This document shows positions 36,917-50,006 of a stretch of DNA of 64,000 nt, one piece after another. Within the stretch, counting starts at the first letter, position 1; each line of letters begins with the position of its first letter. The stretch comes from Lytechinus pictus (lineage: Eukaryota). The notes beneath the pieces were generated by a model, which saw nothing but the letters and a program-made list of their open reading frames with translations, did no database searches and was not told where the DNA came from. The stretch is from the NCBI RefSeq assembly GCF_037042905.1, contig NC_087252.1:27034001-27098000 (forward strand), in the 5' to 3' direction. Both the position numbers and the translations under genes were made by a program.

Positions 36917-38072
36917 TTTATACGCCCGTCCTGCGGGAAGTATTATGGTATCACGCTCGGTGTCCGTCCGTCCGTTATTAAGATGTCCTTGTAAACGCGA
37001 TAACTTCATTTTAACTTAACCTAAGCTCATAAAATTTAGTGCGTACATGTATGATACTAGCTTTGATCCCAGGAAGCATACTGATTTCGAGGTCAAAAGG
37101 TTAAAGGTCAAGGTCACACTGACATGTTTTCAGAATACCCTTCTGCAGTCCTTGTAAACGCGATAACTTCAGTTTAACTTAATCTAGGCTCATATAATTT
37201 GGTGTGTATAATACTAGCATGGATCCCAGGAAGTCTATCGATTTTGAGGTCAAAAGGTCAAGGTCAGAGTGACAGGTTTTCAGCTTAATACCCTTCTGCA
37301 GTCCTTGTAAACAGGATAACTTAAGTTTAATTTAATCTAGGCTCATATAAGTGTGTGTGTGTGATACTAGCATGGATCCCAGGAAGCCTATTGATTTTGA
37401 GGTCAAAAGGTCAAAGGTCAAGGTCACAGTGACATGTTTTCATAATACCCTTCTGCAGTCCTTGTAAACGTGATAACTTCAGTTAATAACTTAACCTAGG
37501 CTCATTTAATTTGGTGTGTATAATACAAGCATGGATCCCAGGAAGTCTATTGATTTTGATGTCAAAAGGTCAAGGTCACAGTAACAGGTTTTCAGCTTAA
37601 TACCCTTCTGCAGTCCTTGTAAACACGATAACTTAAGTTTAATTTAATCTAGGCTCATATAAGTGTGTGTGTGTGATACTAGCATGGATCCCAGGAAGCC
37701 AATTGATTTTGAGGTCAAAAGGTCAAAGGTCAAGGTCACAGTGACATGTTTTCATCTTACCCTTCTGCAGTCCTTGTAAACGTGATAACTTCAGAATAGC
37801 TTATAATTTTGTGTGTACTAGCATGGATCCCAGGAAGCCTATTGATTTTGAGGTCAAAAGGTTGAAGGTCAAGGTGACACTGACAATATTTTCATCTTAC
37901 CCTTCTGCACTCCTTGTAAGCACGATAACTTCAGTTTAACTTTAATAACCTCTAGGCTCATATAATTTGGTGCGTATGATACTAGGATAGATCCCAGGAA
38001 TACTTTTTGATTTTGAGGTCAGATGGTCAAAGGTGAAGTCGCCACCTTCCACTTTTCTTGCTTGACCAATAA
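36917..38072 (+). mobile_element. HINE/DINE-1-like element with ~145-150 bp core repeats
   Basis: T-run insertion, ATACGCCCGTC 5' end, GTCC microsatellite, about 7 core repeats (GGATCCCAGGAAG..GAGGTCAAAAGGTCA), 3' stem-loop ending CTTGTT. Confidence 0.8.
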
Positions 38073-38469
38073 CTCCATTGTCCGAGTTACAGGCAGGCAT
38101 ATTTATGTGCTCGCCTTAGTGGCACTCTTGTTTTAAATACCGTAGCAACAAAATTACTAAATGAGAGCGCAGAGTGCGAGCATAAAAATTACGTAATGAG
38201 GCAAACAGTTCTTCAAATATTACATGAATTCATAGTGAAAAATGCTACATTTAATTGTAGATTAATATTAATTTTCTAATTTAATTTCCTGAAAAATACC
38301 TCAAAATGATCGGGATTTCCCGGAATTCGGGAAATTTCCTTCAAAGTGGAAACACTGCACATTTAAACCCAGGCACGGTGCCTGTTGTAGATATTTCTGT
38401 ATTCATCACTGTTCCATTTCCATTTAAACTCATACATGTATACCCCAGGAGGGTGGTTGAGTTTTAAAC

Positions 38470-38931
38470 TAAACTACATGTAAACTACCTGCCATTTCAC
38501 ATGGTAAAAAAATCATTAAATTGTGAAATTGTGAAACCAAACAAGAACATGATTAGAATCGCGAACCCTAATCACAATCACGAATTCAAATTCTACTCCG
38601 GAGACGAATTCCAGTTAAGTTCCACTCAAATTATGGTACCAATTTTGCGTGTGAAAGGCTTGTCCTCCAAAACATCTTTTGGGGGATGGAGCTTACGTGA
38701 TCTTTTAAGTACTCAATCCGTAGAAAATACAATTGTCACGCACTCATCATAGTTTGTATTCGCGATGCAGTGCTTGGATTGACAAGTCCCCAAGGACACA
38801 TGCTGCCTTTGCTCGGGAATTAAAATTCAGATCACAGTTTACAAGTGAGCGTGCGAAAGGTCCGATGATTCTAAAGACGAATTGCAACCATCATTACCAT
38901 GATGCTTCAAGATTCACATGTGAAAAGGCCC
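38470..38931 (+). mobile_element. Dispersed DNA-element family; second copy at ~58605-59013
   Basis: Both copies share GTGAAACCAAAC.AGAACATGATTAG ... ATTCAC.TGTGAAAAGGCCC. Confidence 0.8.
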
Positions 38932-39811
38932 TGTAGCTCAGGCTAAGTCGTGAATTATTTTATAGGAGTCAAAGATACATGTACGTACATGTACAGTAAG
39001 TACCAGTTGTGGTGAGAGCGTTCCCAAAGCAACAAGATCGCTTTATGTGAAGTGATTTTGAAAACTACTTTCGTGTGATCGAATGGGAGCGCTAGCAAAG
39101 CGATCTTCCGAACTGGTTTCCTGAACCGGTTTCTGGTATTAAAGCGTAATGAGAACGGAATCAAAGAAAATAATGTGCCAAATGCTTCTGGAAGAAAATT
39201 GCTGAGAAATTAGCAAAATCAGCATGGAATTCCATTATGTCGGGTATTTTTCCAAGCAATATTAATACACTGTCCCACATATGCTTTTCTGTGTTAGTGA
39301 TAATCAGAATTATCAGTTTTGAGCCAAGATTTCATGATTTCACAGATGTAGATATGATTAGATGGTGACAATTAACCCTGATTTAACTTTCTCATGAAAT
39401 AATTGTTTGCTGCAACTACTTTCTTAATTACCTTCTTGTGCAGTACGTATTATAATACTGCACAAGGTAAATCTATACATAAGTACATGTACACACTGTA
39501 CCTGTATTCAATTACTATACGGCAGATAACATGATTTGTAGAATACACTGTACAATATAAATGCTACAATTCACTCAACATTTTGAAGGCAAATGCACAG
39601 TCTTCTAATTCATCTTAATTGTCAGTGGTTATGTAGCATCTGTTACCATGACAACGAATGCGTCAAGGAGGGTGCAGAAGACTATCTCTACCCATATAGT
39701 TGCAGATTTGCATTGTGATTTATAGGGTTTTGAACAGAATGATCCCTTCTTTCCTGCTGTGGTACATGTATATGTATGATTAACCAGGAATCCCACCCAA
39801 ACTGCAAGTTG

Positions 39812-40206
39812 CTCTTCTTCTTAAATTTCTTCTTTCTTTCTTCTTCTTCCTCCTCCTTCTTTTTCTTCTTCTTTCCTCTTCTTCTGCTTCTTCTTTCTTA
39901 TTCTTCTTTCTTCTTCTTCCTCTTCTTCTTTCTTCTTCTGCTTCTACTTCTTCTTCCTCCTCCTTCTTTCTTATTCTTCTTCTCCCCCTCCTCCTCCTTC
40001 TTCTTCTTTCTTCTTCCTCTTTCTTCCTTCTTCTTCTTCCTCTTCTTTCTTCTTCTGCTGAACTTTCTTCTTCTTCCTCCTCCTTCTTTCTTATTCGTCT
40101 TACTTCTTCTTCTTCTCCTTATTCTCCTCCTCCTCTTCCTCCTTCTTCCTCCTCCTCCTTCTTCCTCCTCCTCCTTCTTCTTCTTCATCTTCTACTACTT
40201 CTTCTT
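39812..40206. repeat. (CTT/CCT)n low-complexity tract just upstream of the first coding exon
   Basis: Trinucleotide-like pyrimidine tract. Confidence 0.9.
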
Positions 40207-40367
40207 TGTAATAGTACATGTAGCTACAATATTAACAGTAGACATTATTATACAGTATGTTGATTGGTTTCTATTGAGTATTGTTCAATCAATGCATGTA
40301 AGTGAAGAGATTCAACAGTTTTCACACGTTTTATTGATTCACTTCGCAGATTCTATTAGCCCTAATC

Positions 40368-40626
40368 ATGTCGGTCCCCGACTCGGCCAGCGCGGACAGC
40401 CCCGATCTCACCTGCATGGTTTGCGGGGATAAAGCCAACGGCATGCACTACCGGGCCTTGACCTGCGAGGGCTGCAAGACGTTCTTTCGGAGAAATGCCC
40501 GACATCGGGACACCCTAAAATGCGAGATGATGAACGATGGTGGATGTGAAATGGATATGTATACCCGGAGACATTGTGCTGCTTGTCGAATGCAGAAGTG
40601 TATTTCAGTCGGGATGCAGCCAGACA
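40368..40626 (+). CDS. Nuclear receptor (NR1H-like) coding exon 1: short A/B region plus both C4 zinc fingers
   Basis: CMVCGDKANGMHYRALTCEGCKTFFRR...CEMDMYTRRHCAACRMQKCISVGM; acceptor CAG| before 40350; donor A|GTAAGT at 40627 (phase 1). Confidence 0.95.
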
Positions 40627-40832
40627 GTAAGTGATTTTTTTTTTTCAAGGGGAAATTTAACTTGAAGGAGAGTTTGTTGAAAAAATGTAAGAAAAAAATA
40701 ATAATGAAAAATATTGGTGAATGTTCCAGGAAAATCCATTAAAGATTAAGAAAGTTACAAGAAAATATGTGACCTCATATATACTGTATACGAGCAGCTG
40801 CTCCAAACAAACATGTACATGTATATTATCTG

Positions 40833-42125
40833 CCCGGGGGGGGGGGGGGGGGGGCACTTGCATTGACGAGGGGATATCATGCGTGACCATGGGGTTCGAA
40901 ATGCACCCTAAACAAGTATTTTCCATGTTCTGAAAATGCACCCCTTAACAAGTATTTGCGTGTGAAACCCTACCCTTACAAAGTATTGGAAACAAAATGG
41001 TACCCTTGACAAGTATTCCCTGAATTGACCCCCTAAACAAGTACAACGATATCTTAATTGTTATGTCACGGACGTGATCACGGATGTCGGCTTTACCCAT
41101 TACGTCAAACCCTCGTTGCAGATTCGCCGCACCAGCCCATGGTTTGCTACGGTCGTATATCCCGATACCGGGGTAACAAAATCCTCATTGGAAGAACCAA
41201 GTGCTATCAACCCTGAATCGCCCGATAATCCCTCTTATGTAATATTTCTCCTCCGCAGGCGCAAGCCCGAGGCTTAGACCTTAAACAACAGCTGTGATAT
41301 TACGTAAGAGCAGCTCTGCCTGTAGTAGGCCTTTCGGAATTGAATTGTTGTATTTGGTATTTAATCAAAATTTCAAAGGCATTTTGTATTTTAAAATTCA
41401 ATGTTAATTTGTTTTCAATTTCGAACGAAGAAAATTTCGGCCCAGAAAAAAGGAAACTGTTAAAGAGAATAAAAATGATTGCATGCGCTGGTGGGCCGCA
41501 GAATTTGATTGAACGCTGCGTATGCAATAAAGAAAGAAAAAGAAGGAAGAAAGAGATAGAATTTTAAAAAGATAGAAGCCGAAGGAAGGAAGGAAGGAAG
41601 GAAGAAAAAAGAAAGAAAGATAGGAGACGAAGAAGGAAAGAAGAAAAACATTTGAATGAACAAAAATAAAACGTAAAGAAGGAAAAGTAAGAGGAAACAG
41701 GAACGTAAAACCCTGTATCGCCGATAATCCAATATCAGGCAAGCCTAGGGTAAGACCATAAACAACAGCTGATATTACGTAAGAGCAGCTCTGCCTGTAG
41801 TAGGCCTTTCGGAATTAAAATATTGAATTTGATATTCAATCAAGTTTTCAAAGGCATATTGTATTTTGAAATCCAATGTTATTCTGTTTTCAGTTTCGAA
41901 CAAAGAAAATCGGCCCCGAAATAAGGAAACTACAAAGAGAAATAAAAATGACTGATCTGATTCGGCGCGCTGCGTATGTAATTGCGGTTTAGTTCTTTTG
42001 CGGACCCATTGAGGTCACGAAACACATGTTTAGATAAATAACTGGCCTGGGGTGATTTAGATTTTCCATGGTTCGTAACAGGGGTTTGCCTTCTCCAACG
42101 ACGGTTTTGCCTCATGCTTTACTTT
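40833..42125. mobile_element. Longer relative of the 35227-35777 element, in reverse orientation and truncated, with an internal ~250-bp direct repeat
   Basis: 40833-41000 matches the reverse complement of 35640-35777; direct repeats at ~41265-41520 and ~41740-41980. Confidence 0.7.
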
Positions 42126-42129
42126 CATT

Positions 42130-42441
42130 GGCCCGTATTCTGATAGCAGGTTTAACTTAAACTCAGGTTTAAAGTTGTGGTTTAACTTTTGGGAAGCCAA
42201 GAGTATCAAAATTTGTATTAAGTTGTATGTTTCTCATGTTTACTGTGCTTTCTCCTGATTCGTCGATGGTGAAGACAATCTTCTATTTATAATTCCTAGA
42301 CAATTATGAATGATTTGAGAGCCAAATGAGCTGAAATATGATATCTCTACCGTTAGTGATTTATGTAACAATTGGCTATCCATACTTAAACCACAACATT
42401 AAACCTGGGTTTAAGTTAAACCTGCTATCAGAATACGGGCC
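42130..42441. mobile_element. GGCCCGTATTCTGA MITE family, copy 2
   Basis: TIR GGCCCGTATTCTGATAGCAGGTTTAACTTAAAC, perfect for 33 bp. Confidence 0.9.
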
Positions 42442-44014
42442 ACTGGGTTTAGCACCACCCCACACACTGCGCTCAAATCGGACCGTGTAGGCTGCGCATT
42501 TACAATTTACATCTTGACTTGAGTGCAACTGCAACGGCGCAGCGGACCTTAAACTGCAGTCGGATAGAAGCCACGCGCAGCCTACACAGGAACAGGTTAG
42601 CATTACATGTAGCTCGACAGGCTTAGGACTAGGCCCGCAACGTCAAAATTGGTCTAGATTGGTTACACATCAGCAAGGATGAGGTCTACAAGTTAAGAGG
42701 GATATAAGATCAAATATATCAGGCGTTTCCTTCGAAAGCATACTGGGAATTGTTAATCATCCGTTGGACTGGCAATGTAACTGTTTTTCTCAGTAAAAAT
42801 AATAATAGCCAGTCCAACCTTGGATAAATAATTCCCACTATACTTTCTCGAAGCCTGATACTTCTAAAAATACATGTATATATATTTCAATTTTTTAATG
42901 TTTCATGATGACCATATTTTTCAGTTGTGAAATAATTTGTGTGTTGATATATTGAACAGTGTTGTGGGTCTCGAGGACGGCCTCTGCCTCGAGGCCACAA
43001 AATTGGCCTTGCCGTCGAGGACGGAGGTCAATCCTCGGCCTCGGACGCAATCCTCAGGCCAGGAAAATCTTTATAGAATGTGCAAATGCTGAATGTTGTC
43101 AGTTTCTCTAAAATATTATTCTGGCAATAGCCAGACCATGAAACCTACTTTTTGGCTGAAAAATGGCTCTAAAAATCGGTAAATTACAAATAATGGTTAA
43201 AAAGTATTAATTATAGGAAAAACAAATTGCCTTTTCCCAAAAACATATGAATAGACACCAAAACTAGAGAAAAAGACCACCAAATAAAGAAGTTGTGGCC
43301 AAAACTGTGATTTTGGGGGGTTTTGGCTGCCATTTTGGATTTTGGCCTGACACACTTTTTTCTCGGACCCGTGACAAAAAGTATTGTTATTTCATGTTGA
43401 GATACATTTCAAGGAATAAAAAAAACTGAACATGCCATATTGAAATGACAAAAAAGTATTTTTGACCCATGTATAGCCCACTCCTATTTTTATTTTGTTC
43501 TTGATGTCAAAGCCAATTCATTCAGCACAGCTGCACTACATGTATGCTGCACTGACAATGACGTGATAGAGACTCGACTTTGCAATGCGCGTGCGCATGC
43601 TCGTACTTTAAAAAACCTTGGTCTGGCCTCAACCCTTCCGGCCTTGTCCTCGGGTAATCCGGCCTTGATTTGTTTTCATAATGCACAATAATTATATGGG
43701 GAAGCCGCTCACATAAATTATACATGTACATGTGCATGTATACATGACATCACAAATAAAAAAAATTAAGATGCAAGAAATTATAAGCTTATTATCTACA
43801 GTATTTTGCCTTCTATGCTCCCATCAGATCTGTAGGCAAATTAACCTGTAGTATCATTAAATAATCTTTTTTTTTTTGTTTTCCCTTAATTATCATTTCT
43901 AAAATTTGCCACCATGAAGAGAAAATGCAGAAAGATCTGATCAAATAGAAAATATACACCTGTATGTACAGACCTTCTCTACTTGGGAAAGTGGGGAGTA
44001 ATTCATGAATTGTC

Positions 44015-44260
44015 TTTCATTTTCATTCATCCATTCATCCATCCATCAATCCATCCATCCATTCTTTCATTCAGTCAATCATCCATCCATCCATTTTATA
44101 TTCATTCATCCATCCATCCATCCATCAATCCATCCATCCATTCTTTCATTCAGTCAGTCATCCATCCATCCATTTTATATTCATTCATCCATCCATCCAT
44201 CCATTCCTCCATTCATCAATCACTGTTTGTTCATTCGTTTGTTCATTATTCATTCATTAT
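44015..44260. repeat. (CATC/CATT)n microsatellite inside a local tandem duplication
   Basis: Tetranucleotide array; flank CTACTTGGG..GGGGAGTAATTCATGAATTGTCTT occurs at ~43979 and again at ~44420. Confidence 0.85.
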
Positions 44261-44532
44261 GTACGTGTGTAGTCTTCAAGGGGAGCCCTTAAAGGAGTAG
44301 TGTTTATTGTTCTCTTTCTAATCATTGCTAACATTTGCTACCATTCCAGAATAAATAGGAAGTGCAAAAGAACATATCTGATTAAACAGAGTAGAGACAC
44401 TGTACATATATATATACTTCTACTTGGGGTTTTTAAAAAGGGGGAGTAATTCATGAATTGTCTTGTAATTGAGACTGAATTTCATCTGGCAACATGCTTC
44501 CTTTTTTTGTTGATTTTCACAGACAATTCATA

Positions 44533-45508
44533 TTGTACAATGCCTACTTAGCTTATCGTACGCGAGCAAATGGGAGGCTGAATGTCAAACATTTGTACCG
44601 TTGCACAAAAGACGTACCATCCAAAATGTACCGTTGCACGGCTTTAGGAGGTGACGTCACAATATACAAATAGCGAATAGGCATGAGTGCGATAACGCCT
44701 CGTTGAATAAAGCATCTTTCTTTCACCTCATGCGAAATCTCGCACCATTGCACGAATAAGAATATTCGCTATTTGTGTTGTACAACGCCTCGGAATTTAC
44801 CGAAAATATCAAAAAACAAAGAGTTTATCCCTATAGTAATCTATGAAAAGGGAGCAAAAATACCGAAAGCAGAAAGCAAAATTCCACAAGCGCACATGAC
44901 CTTGGGCAACCTTGCGCATTTAGCCAGCAGGCTTATACGCGTATTGTTCATTTTACTGAGCGCAATGAATTAAATCGTATTGTGACGTCACCTCCTAAAG
45001 CCGTGCAACGGTACATTTTGGACGGTACATTTTGGATGGTACGTCTTTTGTGCAACGGTACGAATGTTTGACATTCAGCCTCCTATTTGCTCGCGTACAA
45101 CAAGCTAAGTAGGCGTTGTACAATACGATTTAATTCATTGCGCTCAGTAAAAATGAAGGTGCAATACGCGTATAAGCCTGCTGGCTAAATGCGCAATGCT
45201 GCCCAAGGTCATGTGCGCTTGTGGGATTTTGCTTTTCGCTACCAGTATTTTTGCTCCCTTTTCATAGATTACTACAGGGATAAACTTGTTTTTTTTTCTT
45301 CATATTTTCACTAAATTCCGAGGCGTTGTACAACACAAATATAGCGAATATTCTTATTCGTGCAATGGTGCGAGATTTCGCATTCGGTGAAAGAAAGAGA
45401 CGCTCTATTCAACTCGGCTACCGCCTCGTTGAATAGAGCATCTTTCTTTCATCTCATGCGAAATCTCGCACCATCGCACTCATGCCTATTCGCTATTTGT
45501 ATATTGAT
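44533..45508. mobile_element. Hairpin-ended element(s) with interleaved inverted repeats (Crypton-like, tentative)
   Basis: A(44533-44664) B(44660-44982) A'(44978-45123) B'(45119-45508); terminal hairpin with TTCAACTCGGCTACCGCCTCGTTGAA, related motif at ~11335. Confidence 0.6.
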
Positions 45509-45629
45509 GCTTTTTCCCATTTTCCTTGATTTTTATTTCAATTGTTTGTAAACAAATTTTCGGCATTACTCCTATGTGCTTAAGATTGCATGCTCGATCT
45601 TTAATGAAAATCATAAGTCAGAAAAAATT

Positions 45630-45702
45630 GGAACCAGTGGGATTCGAACCTGTCATCTACTGCTTGCCGGGCAGCGACTCAACCACCAGGCCATTCTGGT
45701 TC
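45630..45702 (-). pseudogene. tRNA-derived sequence (pseudo-tRNA or SINE head) followed by a T6 Pol III terminator
   Basis: A box TGGCCTGGTGG, B box GGTTCGAATCCC, stem GCTGC/GCAGT, GAACCAG/CTGGTTC pairing; T-stem broken and arm register non-canonical. Confidence 0.55.
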
Positions 45703-46324
45703 ACGGCTAAGTCACGATGAACTGGAATACAAATACCCTCTATCCTCTTCTTTCTGACTCATTGATATGCAAATGCAATTTGTATTCCAGTTCATTGATG
45801 AGGGTAGCAAATCGTGGGGCTGTTTTCATTTCGGGCGTAGAGGTCGAGGATTGTGTTATTGATCAACTGAAAAGCAGAACAGTCCTGGCAAAGGACTAAC
45901 TATTAAACAGCATATGTGGGACAGTGTACTAAGATTGCTTCGAAAAATAAATATCCGACATTTGATGGAGTTCCGTGCTTATTTTGCCCATTTCTCAGCA
46001 ATTATGTATTTTCTTCCAGAGCTATTTGGCACATTTTTTATATGACACTTTGGTGGTATTGTAATTGGATTCTGTTCAAACTCATTTCGAGATTGTTACC
46101 ACAACTGGTATTTATCTTTAAAGGTTATCCAATGTTGCAGATTTAGGCGATAAGTTTGTAAATAGTATCCACCGGAAAAAAAAAGACAGTGTCTTGTTCA
46201 GATCATGTGCTTGTGGAGGTCATGCCCTCTCTAACACCTGAATGCCTTATGGCATGGCTTGCAGACAGACATGCGTATTCAATATGTGTGCTGGGATGTA
46301 TGGACAGGCAATCTGTGGTTTTAA

Positions 46325-46728
46325 AGAGAAATGCCAGTAGTTGCAGTAAACACTGATTTCATGAGAAAGTCTGTAAAACCAGGCTTTTTTTTAAATAGTT
46401 GTCAGTATATCATCGAGGATCTAGATCTGGTACAGTTACATAAACTGAACCTTGTGAAATCTTGAAATCTACGCTGAAAAATGTTCACACTGAAGATCGC
46501 CAACACAGATAGGCACACGTGGGACAGTGTATTATTATTGCTAGAATAAAGACCCGACGGAAGTGACCGAATCCGCGCTTATTTTGCTTATATCTCAGCA
46601 ATTACACAATTTCTTCCAGAATCCTTTGGCACATATTTTTTATTCATACAAACAGACACTTGGGTGGTCATTATATTAGATTCTGTAAAAAGTCATTTTG
46701 AGATCTTTACCAGAACTGGAATTTACCT
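46325..46728. mobile_element. Kolobok-like MITE (AGAGAAATGCCAGT family)
   Basis: TTAA on both sides; homologous copies at 47481-50145 (interrupted), ~56390-56778 and a fragment at ~45910-46120. Confidence 0.85.
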
Positions 46729-47555
46729 TTAATGGTGGAAGATAGGGTGGGAGCATGGAACTACTATTCCAAGTAGTACATCAGGGACTCAGTTTTATAA
46801 TTATGAAGGGAGCAATAAAATACTCTCCTAAAACCTTTAAGGGGAGCAGTTGGGGAGCACTACAAAATGCTATTCTTTGACATACATACTGTACAAGCCA
46901 GGGGAACTCTCTTGTCCGATTACAAAATGGATGGAGGAACGTACACTAAGTTGCAACCCACAACCAAACAATGGAGACAAACAATCAGATATAGATCTAT
47001 AGATGCAATATTTATCTCATTGTACTTTTGTATTTCATTCTTGCAAGTGTGTTATTGCTTGAAATAACTGTGTTTTTTATAATACCTTGACAGAGAATGA
47101 GGCTTTCAAGTTTGACCCTAACAGTTTGATCATTGACCGACACTCTTGAGCAATCGCTGAGGCGAGTGATTATAAATCGCTCTACCAAAAATGGCTTAAA
47201 GAACAAGTCTACCCTATTAAACAATAAGATGATTTGAATAGAAAGAGAAAAATCAAACAAGAATAACACAGAAAATTTCATCAAAATCGGATCTCAAATA
47301 AGAAAGTTATGACATTTTAAAAGTTTTGCTAAATTTCGCCAAATAGTTATATGCACATCCTGGTCAGTATGCAGATGAGGGGACCGATGACATCACCCAC
47401 TCACTACTTCTTTTGTATTTTATTATATGAAATATGAAATATTTAAATTTTCTCCTCAATGTCATGTGAGCAAAGTTTAATGAGAAATGCCAGTAGTTGC
47501 AGTAAACACTGATTTCATGAGAAAGTCTGTAAACCAGGCTTAATTGTCAGTATAT

Positions 47556-50006
47556 TAGTCCAGGATAGGCCCCATAGAAACTTGACCAAACCTTGTTTTT
47601 TTATATATACAATATTTTTTTAATGGTTTCTTGTCAATTCGAGGGTGCTGATTACGAATCTGGATGATGCCACTCGTGTAACCTTGAGCATTTTCCGCAA
47701 ATTGGCAAAATCCAATATGGCCGCCAAAATATGTAAATTACCCATGAAAATCCTAAAATTGTTTGCACATTGGCTATGAAATGCATGAAATCGTGTGGCA
47801 GGAGTGAATACTCTCTGAAAAATAATTTTTGACAAAATATTTATTTTCCTGATATTCAAAATGGCCGCCAAAGGCCATTGTATACTCTATTATGTACAAT
47901 ATGAATAGGGAAAACTAATTTTCACAAAAATTAGCACTAAACCGCAAAAAATCGCGATGTATGAAAGAAGTAATATATGCGAATCATCATTACTAACGAG
48001 ATATATCATTTATTATGTCATATATGGGGATATTGCTGTATTTTGATATCTAAAATAGCCGCCACTGGCCCAAAGAGTATGTACAATGGCAATAGCCGGG
48101 GCCAAAAAAATGACAAGAGTGAGCACTTAAATGCATATTATTAAGATAAAACGAGTGGAATGCTGACTAAAAACATCATTGCCATCATTGCCATTAATAT
48201 GCCATTTATGTGATAAATGCAGTATTTTGACATTCAAAATTGCCACCAGCCATAGGCCCTATATTTATCATGTAAAAGGCGAATGGACAAACTAATTTTC
48301 ACAAGAGTGAGAATCATAAAATGCATATAACTGTGATATACGAGTAAAAATATTGTCTTAAACATGATTTCTAACTAAATACATCACATATTGGTCGTGG
48401 AGGTAATAAATGCTGTACTTTGAAATCCAAAATGGCTGCCATAGGTCCTAAAAGTATTGTGTACGTTGTAACATGGGACATATAACTTTGACAGTATTTG
48501 GCTTTGCTTGACTCTAAATATTGCATATAATTGTGAATTGTGAATTGTGAAAGGGTGAAATATTGTCTAAAACCATGGTTTCTACCGAGATATATCATAT
48601 CATGTGTAATTAAGTTGATAAATGCTGCATTTTTTAAAATGGCCACCATAGGCCCTTATCGTAAAATATACAATTTGAGTGGAGATAAACAATGTTCACA
48701 AAATGGGCAAATGTATGGCAGCCATTTTGAATGTTGAAATACAGTTTTATCACCTAAATTGCATAAGATATGATATATTTTGTTATAAATCATGTTTTCA
48801 GACAATATTTCACTCATACATTACCATTTGGCCAAGCAAAGCCAAATTCTGTTGAAATAATTTGTTCCCATTCACATTGTGCATAATACCATAAGGGCCT
48901 GTAGCGGCCATTTTGACTTCCCAATAACAGTATTTATCACCTAACTGGCAGAATAAATGATATATCTTAATAGAAATCATGCTTTCAGACAATATTTTAC
49001 TCATTGATCACTATTACGTGCATTTATGGTGTTCACTCCTGTAAATATTGGTTTCCCACTTTGCATTGTACATAATACTGTTAATGTCTATGGCGGCCAT
49101 TTTGAAAGTCAAAATACAGTATTTAACACAGACTTGAAACCTGAATGATATATTTCGTTAGAAAATATGTTTTTAGACAGTATCCCATTAATTTATCACA
49201 TATATATGCATTTAAGTGCTCTCTCTTGTGATTTCTTTGCTCCTCTTTCTCATTGTGCATAATACTTTTAGGGCCTTTGGCAGCCATTTTGAATATCAAA
49301 ATAAAACATTCATCACATACATGGCATATTAATAATATATTTCGTTAACAATTATGTTTTTAGTCAGTATTCCACTCGTTTAATCTTAATAAATTATTAA
49401 AATTCACAAGAGTGATCACTAAAATGCATATTAAATATGCATTTTAGTGATCACTCATGTGAATTTTTTGGCCCCCATTGCCATTGTACGCAATACTGTT
49501 TGGGCCAGTGGCGGCTATTTTAGATATCAAAATACAGAAATGTTCCCATGTATGATACTATAAATGATATATCTCGTTAGTAATGATGATTTGCATATAT
49601 TACTTCGTTCATACATCGCGATTTTTGCGGTTTAGCGCTAATTTTTGTGAAAATTAGTTTCCCCTATTCATATTGTACATAATAGAGTATACAATGGCCT
49701 TTGGTGGCCATTTTGAATATCAGGAAAATAAATATTTTGTCAAAAGTTATTTTTTCAGAGACTATTTCACTCCTGCCACACAATTTCATGCATTTCATAG
49801 CCAATGTGTGGACTATTTTAGGATTTTCATGGGTAATTTGCATATTTTGGCAGCCATATTGGATTTTGCCAATTTGCGGAAAATGCTCAAGGTTACACGA
49901 GTGGCATCATTCAGATTCGGAATCAGCACCCTGGAATTGACAAGAAACCACCAAAAAATATTGTATATATAAAAAAACAAGGTTATGGCTCTTCTATCCT
50001 GGACTA
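47556..50006. mobile_element. 2.45-kb long-TIR non-autonomous element (Academ-like) nested in a Kolobok-like MITE
   Basis: TAGTCCAGGATAG / CTATCCTGGACTA termini; arms over 500 bp; 3-bp TSD TAT, confirmed against the uninterrupted host copy at 46401-46420. Confidence 0.85.

Noticed and set aside
39776..40432. 218-aa hydrophobic ORF and the antisense K/R/E-rich ORF
   Set aside because: Both come from the (CTT/CCT)n tract; the + strand ORF is out of frame with the receptor exon.
43983..44300. HPSI-repeat ORFs (also 59429-59666)
   Set aside because: They are translations of (CATC)n microsatellites.
45630..45702. Functional tRNA (apparent GGC anticodon)
   Set aside because: It lacks U33, the T-stem is mismatched, and the acceptor/D-arm register is shifted; treated as tRNA-derived.
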